The position numbers were made by a program, and so were the translations under genes. The notes under the pieces were generated by a model. It was not told where the DNA came from and made no database searches. It was given only the letters and a program-made list of their open reading frames with translations. A DNA stretch of 60,574 nt, the filler included. It is 7 parts of 7 records of this genome, joined end to end, with 100 filler letters (N's around TTAATTAATTAA, not from the genome) between each part and the next. Parts side by side here need not be neighbours in the genome. Positions count along the whole stretch, not along the records: positions 49,155 to 60,574 come from SRR31156797_25826; 6 more parts are not named here. One strand, written 5' to 3'. Of the stretch, positions 52,279 through 60,574 are shown one piece after another. Numbering within the stretch: position 1 is the stretch's first letter; each line of letters opens with the position of its first letter.

Positions 52279-52985
52279 TGGCAATCAAATTAAAATACTT
52301 CTTAATTGGAGAAATTGGAGGAGTAAACAAAGAGACTGGAAGAATTGATGTTAGAGGGATTTTTGACGTTGTAACATCACCTGTATTCCCAATGGTAGTA
52401 CCTAAAATGCTTCTTATGGCAGCATTTGAAAAGATCGATAAGAAAACAACTATTGAATTTAGAATAAATAGTCCTAGTGATCAATTATTAGGTAAATTAG
52501 AGATGGAAATTCCTCCGGTACCAGGTGGAATGACTGGAAAACATACTTTGCAACTTGAAAAATTTCCTGTTCAAGAAAAAGGGAAATATACAGTTGATAT
52601 CTTAGAAAAGAAAGAGCAAGGTTATAAATTTATCAAAACTTGCGATATGTTCCTAGCAACTTACCCACCAAAAAGAGTATTCCAAAAGGGCGAAGTAAAT
52701 GAAATTCTATCTAAAGATGATGTAATTCAATCAGTTAAAACGGAGTATGCTATCCCGGGAACGGAGCATTTATATAAATTCCAAATCAATTTAGATCCTG
52801 CTAAAGAGTTAGAAGAAGGATATGAAAAATTCCCTGAAGATGATAAATTAGTAGTAGATGGAAAAGAACATGATTTAACTGGAATCAGAAGACAATTAAC
52901 TTGGATGTTTGGAAGACCTATTCCTAAGAAAAAAGAGGAAGCGTCAGCTCAAACTGAAGAAGTAACTGAAGATAAAGATAACTAA
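52278..52985 (+). CDS. Hypothetical protein with beta-sandwich-like N-terminus
   Basis: 235-aa ORF with AGGAG RBS, overlapping the upstream stop (TAATG). Confidence 0.75.
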   Translation: MAIKLKYFLIGEIGGVNKETGRIDVRGIFDVVTSPVFPMVVPKMLLMAAFEKIDKKTTIEFRINSPSDQLLGKLEMEIPPVPGGMTGKHTLQLEKFPVQEKGKYTVDILEKKEQGYKFIKTCDMFLATYPPKRVFQKGEVNEILSKDDVIQSVKTEYAIPGTEHLYKFQINLDPAKELEEGYEKFPEDDKLVVDGKEHDLTGIRRQLTWMFGRPIPKKKEEASAQTEEVTEDKDN

Positions 52986-53043
52986 AAATATAGAACTAAA
53001 AAAAACTGCCATTTGGCAGTTTTTTTTAGTTCTATATTTTTAG
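52982..53043. terminator. Bidirectional terminator formed by a perfect 30-bp inverted repeat
   Basis: CTAAAAATATAGAACTAAAAAAAACTGCCA-TT-exact reverse complement. Confidence 0.88.
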
Positions 53044-53564
53044 AATATTTTTACTCCCACAACAAGAGAAAGCATTGTCTGTGTAACCTCTTCATCATCA
53101 AGTGTTAATGCACTAGTTGAATACAATAATTCTCCTTGCATATTGAATATATCAATACCAAGTCCAAAGGCTTGATAAGCTCCACCCTCTGTGGTTTCCC
53201 CATCATAACCCTCTATAGCCATTAGTGTTGTTGTACCAGCTTTAGCTACGATATACGGTCTAAATACAACTGGAAACAGATTAAACTTAACATAACCGTA
53301 CATAAGTCTCTGTGAAAATGAGTTGCCTGATACAGGTTCATAAGTTCCATAATCCCATTGAAGAGCTCCTCCGACTTGTACTAAATAAAGATCTTGCCCA
53401 ATTTCTAATCCATAAGAATACACCATGTCTGAACCACTTGTAATAGTATCACTTGAATCAGTATAAGTTTGCGATAATGACATTGGTACCCTTAAGGTAA
53501 TGTCTAGAGCGAATAGCGGCATACTAATAATAAATGCAGCAATTAAAATATATATTTTTTTCAT
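53040..53564 (-). CDS. Small outer membrane beta-barrel protein
   Basis: Signal peptide, alternating amphipathic strands, C-terminal Phe (GVKIF), GAGGAGG RBS. Confidence 0.7.
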   Translation of the reverse strand: MKKIYILIAAFIISMPLFALDITLRVPMSLSQTYTDSSDTITSGSDMVYSYGLEIGQDLYLVQVGGALQWDYGTYEPVSGNSFSQRLMYGYVKFNLFPVVFRPYIVAKAGTTTLMAIEGYDGETTEGGAYQAFGLGIDIFNMQGELLYSTSALTLDDEEVTQTMLSLVVGVKIF

Positions 53565-53937
53565 AATAACCTCCTCAGTTGTTTTTCATATAGTTAAGTT
53601 ACAGAACTTGTTATCTATATTTTACCATATTTTTTATATGATATGAATAAATTTTAGTTTTTACTGGTTTATAATAAAGCTTCTCACTATCTATTATCGA
53701 AAAAAAAAGAATAAAATTTAGAGGAAATTTTATATAAAAGAGTAAATTAATAGTAATAAAGAATTATATTCTCATTTGATCTTAGCAACACTCCAGTCTA
53801 AACATCTATATGTAAGTATTTTACTGAATAAGACTTAATACTGAATTAAAACTTTGCATAAGGATTTACAGGAGTAATATAACATGCAAAGCTCTTTATT
53901 TAGTCGTAACACAAACTGCACCGGAAAGGAGAAAGTT

Positions 53938-54099
53938 ATGGTTATGAGTAAATTAAAGTTTTTTGAGGATCTTTATATGGAAGAGTTGGAGGTAGTTGAA
54001 CAAGGGATGGAGCAACATCCGTTTGAAATGGAATATGTAGAATCATGGAAAATGTTAGCAGAGTTACTTAATCAGATTCAAATAGCAAAAAATGGATAA
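53938..54099 (+). CDS. Small acidic hypothetical protein (53 aa)
   Basis: AAAGGAG RBS 6 nt before ATG 53938; followed by a terminator. Confidence 0.65.
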   Translation: MVMSKLKFFEDLYMEELEVVEQGMEQHPFEMEYVESWKMLAELLNQIQIAKNG

Positions 54100-54127
54100 A
54101 ACGACCTTATTTAAAGGTCGTTTTTTT
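54098..54127. terminator. Bidirectional terminator
   Basis: AAAACGACCTT/AAGGTCGTTTT stem with T tract. Confidence 0.8.
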
Positions 54128-55073
54128 ATACGCTTTGTTTGATGATAACATCTAAAGCAATATCCTCATTGATATACTCCGCAATATCAACTGCCAAGTT
54201 TTTAGGTAGAGGGTTCTTTGTTGATAAAACATAAACATTGTTTTCGAATTTAATTGTTGTATCAATATATTGTGCAATTCTTTTTTGTAGAATTTCACAA
54301 TTTTTAATATTTTTATCTTCTTTAAAAATTAAGGTATAATCACTAAACCAAACAATTGGCTTTAAATTATATATTTTACCAATTTTATCGGCAACGTCAT
54401 ACGCAATTTCTTTTGAGAACATTTCAGAACTAAAAACACGATAATATTCTGCTAAGAAAATTATCTCAGAATCAATGACATCTTTTAAGATGTCTTTAAT
54501 TCTTTCACAATCGCCACTATTTTTACTAGATCTAAATTGAATTTGATATTTTTCGGCTGTAGCTTTATATTCAGTATTATTTTTTTTATCTTCTAATATA
54601 GTAATTTTTCCTTTAACAGCTTTTTTTATTTCTTCTTTCTTTTTCACTATTTCCTTTGGTTTTTCTTCTTCAATTTTTTTCTCAGGAATAGTTTCAGTTA
54701 CTTTAGTAATTACCTCTTTTTTTTCCTCGATTTTAGCTTCTTCTTTCTTTTCAGTTACTGTTTCTTTTTCAGCTTTCTCTTCTTCTTTTTTATTGTCAGA
54801 TTCTTCACCTGAATCTTCAGTACTGCTGTCAGCTAAATTATCGCCTTCAGCTTCAGAAGATTCAGTTTTGTCCTCTGTTTCTTTGAGTTCTTCAATTTCT
54901 CTTAGAAGTTTTTTGAACTCTTCACTTTCAGGGCTTTCTTTTTTTTCTGTTTGAACGAACTCGGTTTCTGGTTTCACAGGTGTTTTATCAGTTTTATTAG
55001 AAAAAAACATAAATACTGAACCTGAAATTATCAGACCAACTCCAAGTCCGAGAAAGAAATAACTTTTATACAT
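54126..55073 (-). CDS. Membrane-anchored protein with Glu/Lys-rich linker and SPOR-like C-terminal domains
   Basis: N-terminal TM, low-complexity E/K spacer, YQIQF-type repeat domains. Confidence 0.55.
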   Translation of the reverse strand: MYKSYFFLGLGVGLIISGSVFMFFSNKTDKTPVKPETEFVQTEKKESPESEEFKKLLREIEELKETEDKTESSEAEGDNLADSSTEDSGEESDNKKEEEKAEKETVTEKKEEAKIEEKKEVITKVTETIPEKKIEEEKPKEIVKKKEEIKKAVKGKITILEDKKNNTEYKATAEKYQIQFRSSKNSGDCERIKDILKDVIDSEIIFLAEYYRVFSSEMFSKEIAYDVADKIGKIYNLKPIVWFSDYTLIFKEDKNIKNCEILQKRIAQYIDTTIKFENNVYVLSTKNPLPKNLAVDIAEYINEDIALDVIIKQSV

Positions 55074-55195
55074 ATATCCTCCATATTATATAGATCAAAT
55101 TAATTAATTTTTGAATGCAAGGTTATTATACAATAAAACACTGGTTTTTTCAATTTTTATTGATTCACGAAGCTTAGCAAGAAGCACAAATTCAT

Positions 55196-55229
55196 AAAAA
55201 AATGAGTCCCAAAATTGTTGAGACTCATT
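55196..55229 (-). terminator. Terminator after the channel gene
   Basis: AATGAGTC/GACTCATT stem with T tract on the minus strand. Confidence 0.65.
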
Positions 55230-55233
55230 AAAA

Positions 55234-56208
55234 TTATTTTTCTAAATTTTTCTTTTCCAGTACTTTGGATATAAATATTCCAATTAGAATAAGACCAATT
55301 AGAGTTTCTAGCATTACAAATGCTCTTGTGAATGAAGAGTTAGGTAAAATATCTCCATAACCTAAAGTTGTTAAAGTAACTGCACTAAAGTACAGGAAAT
55401 CAACAATTGGATATGGCAACTCACCAAGTTCAACATCTTTGAAATTCCAAATACTTTGATCCGGCATTGAGAATGAAAATGCAAGTATAGGTTGTAAACC
55501 ATATTCAATTGGAGTAAAAAATACTTCTTGATTATTTCGTATCAAAGTATTAATCTCTTTTAAACTCCATATAAAAATAGTCTCTTTAGCTTCCATAAAA
55601 TTTTCTGAACCTTTTGATAGGAAACTATCATACTTATCTTCATCTGTGCTATAGAGAGTTATTTGATATTTATATAAGACCGTTGATTGATAAAAATCTC
55701 CTGCAAATATTATCTCTTCAATAGGTTTAAAATAAAGTAACTCTTTCGGGTCTTTTTCCTTTTCCAGTAATTTAAATGAATAATGAGTATATCCTCTGTC
55801 TTTGTAATAATTCATATATAAAGTTGCCCACTCTACACCAATATTTGTGTCAGTAAAAGCGATGTTTCTATTATTTCCAACTTCCAAATTTAGTGCATTT
55901 ATTTCATGAGCATCACTTATTAATATTCTTTTAATATCTTCAATACTGTATAAAGAATCAAGTTTCTTATCTATTACTTTGGCCATAGAGTTTAGTTTAA
56001 TATGTTCTTCAAATATAAAACTGTCGTTGTTAGAAAATGTAGCTAAACTCCAGTAAATTAAACCAAATATAAGCCAAGTAAAAAGATAAAGGCTTATGTA
56101 ACCATAAGAATGTTTTTTCTTAATTAATATTAATGAAAGTATTGCAAGAAATATAGCTAAAATTAAAATTACTCCCCCAGATAATTGAATCATTTTATCC
56201 CTCCCCAA
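55234..56208 (-). CDS. Potassium channel family protein (Ion_trans_2 pore)
   Basis: FLYFSAVTLTTLGYGDILP pore helix and filter followed by a TM helix. Confidence 0.8.
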   Translation of the reverse strand: MGRDKMIQLSGGVILILAIFLAILSLILIKKKHSYGYISLYLFTWLIFGLIYWSLATFSNNDSFIFEEHIKLNSMAKVIDKKLDSLYSIEDIKRILISDAHEINALNLEVGNNRNIAFTDTNIGVEWATLYMNYYKDRGYTHYSFKLLEKEKDPKELLYFKPIEEIIFAGDFYQSTVLYKYQITLYSTDEDKYDSFLSKGSENFMEAKETIFIWSLKEINTLIRNNQEVFFTPIEYGLQPILAFSFSMPDQSIWNFKDVELGELPYPIVDFLYFSAVTLTTLGYGDILPNSSFTRAFVMLETLIGLILIGIFISKVLEKKNLEK

Positions 56209-56222
56209 TACACACTTTTAAA

Positions 56223-57635
56223 TTATGAATTTTTAAGTAATTTGAGTAACGGAAACTTAAGTGTAACTTCTGTACCAACATTTACAATACTTTTAATTCC
56301 TATTTCCCCATTATGAAGCTCTATTATGGATTTTGCAATAGATAATCCTAGACCGGTTCCCCCTGTTTTTTTAGTTCTGGATTCATCTACTCTGTAAAAT
56401 CTGTTAAATAGATTTGGGATATCTTTTTCAGGTATTCCAATACCTGAATCTTTTACGCTTAAATATACGAAACTTTCATCAACTTCACATGAAATTGATA
56501 TTGACCCACCCTCTTCAGTATATTTTATACTGTTTTCGAGTAAAATTCTTAATAGCTGAAGTATAAGTTTTCCATCACCAAATACAACTGCTCTGTCATT
56601 TTTTAGAATTTTAATATTATGTACATTGTTATCGATTAATTTTGAATCTTTAAATAACTTATCAATTATTAAATTAAGTTCGATATTTTCAAATTTCATT
56701 TTAAGTTTATTATTTTCTTCTCTTGCAATGAATAATAGCCTTTCAATAAGATTTCTCATATTACTAACTTCGTCTGTAATTGATTCTATAGATTCCTCCA
56801 GCATCTCAGGATTGTTTTTTCCCCAACTTCCCAAGATCTCGACATAACCTTGAATTACAGACAGAGGTGTTCTTAACTCATGAGAAGCATCTGAAATAAA
56901 CTGATTTTGCATATCAAACGAGATTTCAAGACGCTCTATCATACCGTTTATAATTCTTATAAGATCACTGATCTCATCATCATTTTCCGGTACAGGTATT
57001 CTTTTATCCAGATTTTTAGCGGTTATTTCTCTAGTAGTTGTAGTAATGTGTCTTACTGGAATTAAGATACTCCGTGTGATAATTTTACCCAGAAATACGG
57101 ATATTATCAGTGCAAATATGGAGGTTATGGTCAGTGTAAAATTAAGTGTTGAATAAAAGGCCTTAAAATCAGAGATATCTTTAATAAGCTGAACGTTAAT
57201 TAAAAGATCATCCTCTTCTAATTTAGTATTCAAATAAAGATAAACTTGTCCTTTTTCATGAAGCTCATAAACACTAATTTTATCTAAATTCGTATCCATT
57301 GGAATGTTTAATGAAATATTATCAAAATTCCAATAATATGAACCCTTCTCATATCTGATATTTGCAAATATAAACTTTCTTTCCCTACTAAGACTCATTA
57401 AAAGAGTTTTTAATTCATTTGCATTGTTATTAGTATTATATCTTTCAAGTTGAGCAAAGATATAATCTTTTTGTGTAGAGATATCTTTTTTCATGGTATT
57501 TACTAATAGGATGTTTGTTAGATTACTTACTAAGAAGTTAATAACAATTAGTATAGCCAAAAAGAACGCAGTATATATTAGTGTAATTCTATACGAAATT
57601 TTCATTTCGGAAATTTTATTTAATAGATTTTTCAA
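56223..57635 (-). CDS. HAMP-domain sensor histidine kinase (ArlS-like)
   Basis: ASHELRTPL H-box, ENSIKY, DSGIGI, FNRFYR, GTGLGL. Confidence 0.93.
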   Translation of the reverse strand: MKNLLNKISEMKISYRITLIYTAFFLAILIVINFLVSNLTNILLVNTMKKDISTQKDYIFAQLERYNTNNNANELKTLLMSLSRERKFIFANIRYEKGSYYWNFDNISLNIPMDTNLDKISVYELHEKGQVYLYLNTKLEEDDLLINVQLIKDISDFKAFYSTLNFTLTITSIFALIISVFLGKIITRSILIPVRHITTTTREITAKNLDKRIPVPENDDEISDLIRIINGMIERLEISFDMQNQFISDASHELRTPLSVIQGYVEILGSWGKNNPEMLEESIESITDEVSNMRNLIERLLFIAREENNKLKMKFENIELNLIIDKLFKDSKLIDNNVHNIKILKNDRAVVFGDGKLILQLLRILLENSIKYTEEGGSISISCEVDESFVYLSVKDSGIGIPEKDIPNLFNRFYRVDESRTKKTGGTGLGLSIAKSIIELHNGEIGIKSIVNVGTEVTLKFPLLKLLKNS

Positions 57636-57670
57636 AACTGTTACTCCAATCCTATAAATATATTATTAAT

Positions 57671-58348
57671 CTAATTTTCTTCTTTTATGGTATATCCAAC
57701 ACCACGTACAGTTTTAATTAGTTTTTTATCAAATGGTTTGTCAACTTTATCTCTTAGATATTTGATATATACATCAAGGATATTATCGCTACCAAAATAA
57801 TCATATCCCCAAATTCTGTTAAGGATTTTTTCTCTTGTAAGAACAATTCCTTTGTTTTCCATTAATAAATATAACAAGTCAAACTCTGTTTTAGAAAGTT
57901 CAACAATTTTACCATCACGAGTTACTTCGAAAGTCTCCTTATTTAACATTAAATCATTTACTTTGATAATTTCTTTAGATTTATCTTTTCTTTGTTTTCT
58001 TAAATTAGCCCTGATTCTGGCAGATAGTTCTTCAAAAACAAATGGTTTAGTTAAATAGTCATCCGCCCCTGTATCAAGTCCAGAGACTTTATCTCTCACG
58101 TCGTCTTTTGCTGTTAGCATAATAATTGGGATGTCACTAAATTTTCTAACTCTGTTACATACCTCTATTCCGTCAATTCTAGGAAGCATTAAATCTAAAA
58201 GAACCAAATCATAGTTATTTTTTTCGATTTTACTTAAGCCCTCAGCACCATCAAATGCAGTGTCAGTAACGTATCCCTCGTGTTTTAGTTGTAATTCTAT
58301 AAGTCTCGAAATTTTAACCTCATCTTCAACAATTAAAATTCTTTCCAT
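57671..58348 (-). CDS. OmpR-family response regulator (ArlR-like)
   Basis: VEDE, LLDLMLP, KPF, wHTH ending TVRGVGY. Confidence 0.95.
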   Translation of the reverse strand: MERILIVEDEVKISRLIELQLKHEGYVTDTAFDGAEGLSKIEKNNYDLVLLDLMLPRIDGIEVCNRVRKFSDIPIIMLTAKDDVRDKVSGLDTGADDYLTKPFVFEELSARIRANLRKQRKDKSKEIIKVNDLMLNKETFEVTRDGKIVELSKTEFDLLYLLMENKGIVLTREKILNRIWGYDYFGSDNILDVYIKYLRDKVDKPFDKKLIKTVRGVGYTIKEEN

Positions 58349-58590
58349 TTTGTAATCTCCCCTTTCAAATATTCATACTTAATAGTATAATAATTTTGTT
58401 AAATATTCAATATTACTTCAGTGTTTTAATTATAAATCTTTATATTTGCTACTCTTCTATTATATAATGTACAAAATATACATTAAAATTATGTTAAAGA
58501 TTATGAATTAAGAAATCTTTACTCTTTTAATATGATTATAAGTTAAGTATAATATGATATTATAAGCAAAGAATGTTTAGGAGGTAAGTT

Positions 58591-60546
58591 ATGAAAAGAA
58601 TCATAAAAGTTTTCTTAGCTCTTTTTATTATTATGAGCTTAGATGCTTTCGCAATAGATATAAGCAAGGTGTTGAAAGCAAGTAAAAAAGCTAACAGAAA
58701 AAATTATCCAAATGCACATTTTGTTTTAGTCGATGAAGAAAAGATAGTTGAGTATGAGGATAATGGAGAGTACAGCTATGAAGATGAGTATTATGTAAAA
58801 GTATTGGATGAAAAGGGAAAAGATTATAACAGGATACTTTCGCTTTATTATGATAAAAATTATGAAACTGCGGGCTTTGAGTTCGTGAAATTAATTAAAT
58901 CAAATGGTGAAATTGTAAAGATAGATATAAAAAATAATATACAAGATAAAGTTTCGCCCAGTTCACAAGGGAGTAATATCTATGATGAAAATGAGAGGAT
59001 ATTAACTCTGAATGTACCCGGAATAGAAGTTGGAGATATAATTGGTGTAAAAGAGTACTCGAAAGTATTTAAACCAAGAATGATAAGAGAGTTTGCCGAT
59101 TATACTTACGCAGAAAATTTTTATCCGATTATGTCATTAAAATCAATTATTAAAGCTCCTGCTACAAATCCTTTGGAAGTATCAGAAGTACTTAATCCAA
59201 AAGAAGGCAAATATAGCTTAAATAAAAAATATGTTGGAAATCAGTTAGTTTATACTTTTGAAGTAAAGGATATAGCTCAAATTATTCCGGAACCTCTTAT
59301 GCCGCCTGTAAGTGAAATAGGGATGAAATGGGGAGTTAGTACAACTGCTGAATGGAAAGACGTATCAAAATGGTACTATAATTTAACTGAACCCAAAATG
59401 CAATTAACTGATAATATAGTTGAGATAACTGATGAATTAGTAGAAGGTTTAGAGACGGATCTTGAAAAAATAGAAAAAGTATTTTTCTGGGTATCAAGAA
59501 ACATAAGATATCTTGGGATAACTCTTGAAGACAACAGACCGGGGCTGGAACCTCATGATGCATCGTATACATGTGATAGTAGAACAGGTGTTTGTCGTGA
59601 TAAAGCTGCACTGATTGTTACAATGCTTAGATATCTGGGGTACGAAGCTGATATGGTACTGATGAATGCCAGTAGAAAAATGGAATTTGAAGTTCCTACT
59701 TCATTCTTTAACCATGCAATTGCGGGAGTGGAACTAGACGGTGAATATATGTTAATGGATCCAACAGATGAGACAACTAAAGTATTATTTCCGGAATATC
59801 TGATGGATAAACCATATTTACCAGCTAAAGAAAATGGAATAGAGTTAAAGTACAGTCCTATAAAACCTGCTGATGATAATATAGTTTATATTACCAATAA
59901 AATTGATGTTCAAAATGAAAAGTATGTAGTGAAATCATTTATTACTTTTGAAGGAATCAATGATAATGCTTACAGAGACTATTTAATCGGATTAAATGAA
60001 AAGCAGAGAAAAGATTTTCTTAGAAGAGTATTAAAGAGAATGTCAACGGATATAAAATTATTAGACTATAAAATCTTTCCTGAGGATTTGGCAACGGCTG
60101 AAACTCTTGAAATAGCGATAGATTATGAAGTAGAGGATGTAGTAACAGGAAATGAAGTGAAAATGCTTGAAATCATTAAACCAGGAAATCACATGGGACT
60201 TTATAACTGGATACTACATGATTTATCTTTGTCAAAAAGAAAATACCCTGTAAGAATTTCATCAACTGCAGCAATATTTGAATTAACAGAGATAAACTAT
60301 GAAGGAGAAATCTTGGCGCTTCCAAGTAAACTTAGTTATCATATTTCGGCAGAGGACGATAGATTCAATAGCGGTGTGAATAAATTTGACTATAAAGTAA
60401 GTTATGAAACAATTGAAAATACAGTGAAAATTGTAAGATACAGAAGATTAAATAGTTTAGACTACACTTTAAATGATTATTACAAGTTGAGAAAAATGTT
60501 TGGAACGATAGAAAACTACGAGCAAAAAGAAATTATAGCTAAATAA
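58591..60546 (+). CDS. Exported DUF3857-type transglutaminase-like protein
   Basis: Signal peptide, GVCRDKA, FNHAI and MDPT Cys-His-Asp triad. Confidence 0.85.
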   Translation: MKRIIKVFLALFIIMSLDAFAIDISKVLKASKKANRKNYPNAHFVLVDEEKIVEYEDNGEYSYEDEYYVKVLDEKGKDYNRILSLYYDKNYETAGFEFVKLIKSNGEIVKIDIKNNIQDKVSPSSQGSNIYDENERILTLNVPGIEVGDIIGVKEYSKVFKPRMIREFADYTYAENFYPIMSLKSIIKAPATNPLEVSEVLNPKEGKYSLNKKYVGNQLVYTFEVKDIAQIIPEPLMPPVSEIGMKWGVSTTAEWKDVSKWYYNLTEPKMQLTDNIVEITDELVEGLETDLEKIEKVFFWVSRNIRYLGITLEDNRPGLEPHDASYTCDSRTGVCRDKAALIVTMLRYLGYEADMVLMNASRKMEFEVPTSFFNHAIAGVELDGEYMLMDPTDETTKVLFPEYLMDKPYLPAKENGIELKYSPIKPADDNIVYITNKIDVQNEKYVVKSFITFEGINDNAYRDYLIGLNEKQRKDFLRRVLKRMSTDIKLLDYKIFPEDLATAETLEIAIDYEVEDVVTGNEVKMLEIIKPGNHMGLYNWILHDLSLSKRKYPVRISSTAAIFELTEINYEGEILALPSKLSYHISAEDDRFNSGVNKFDYKVSYETIENTVKIVRYRRLNSLDYTLNDYYKLRKMFGTIENYEQKEIIAK

Positions 60547-60574
60547 TATATAAGTTTTAGTTTCTTATTGGTAC

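Noticed and set aside
1-60574. tRNA, rRNA, CRISPR arrays, integrases or transposases
   Set aside because: None recognised by eye; a tRNAscan/Infernal/CRISPR scan would be needed to exclude them formally

Overview
The window is not one locus. It is seven unrelated contigs joined by six identical 100-nt artificial linkers (44 N + TTAATTAATTAA + 44 N), so gene context is meaningful only within a contig. (1) 1-11283: Vibrio-like region with yfcL, epmC, a UPF0126 membrane protein, aroC, prmB, smrB and polar flagellar fliK(partial)-fliLMNOPQR-flhB. (2) 11384-16897: GC-rich alphaproteobacterium-like contig with an FAD-linked D-2-hydroxyacid oxidase, SDR, TPR protein, exported MsrAB and partial glcF. 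(3) 16998-22996: TetR-TolC-MFP-RND efflux operon. (4) 23097-29553: secreted TPR-CHAT caspase-like protease, CheR and a partial four-helix/HAMP/GAF sensor. (5) 29654-42385: Desulfobacterota-like contig with a GntR-linked corrinoid methyltransferase system, an Mvh-like [NiFe] hydrogenase pair, Tat phosphoesterase, class III cyclase, amidase, iron-sulfur flavoprotein and gene remnants. (6) 42486-49054: unusual-lipid cluster (ACP, KS-CLF fusion, FabG, dehydratase, LolA-like, two B12/radical SAM genes) resembling ladderane-associated islands. (7) 49155-60574: AT-rich diderm (Fusobacteriota-like) contig with ispA, a tRNA nucleotidyltransferase, K+ channel-like protein, two-component system and transglutaminase. 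The best leads are: a hidden 154-codon gene with an in-frame TGA followed by a SECIS-like hairpin (candidate new selenoprotein, 40087-40551); the B12-radical-SAM lipid island with a homopolymer frameshift; a cyclase with non-canonical base-specifying residues; a 20-bp inverted-repeat element at the junction of two truncated genes; a hydrogenase large subunit with no maturation tail; and a probable CC-adding enzyme. Taxonomy and family calls come from motif recognition only; no searches were run.
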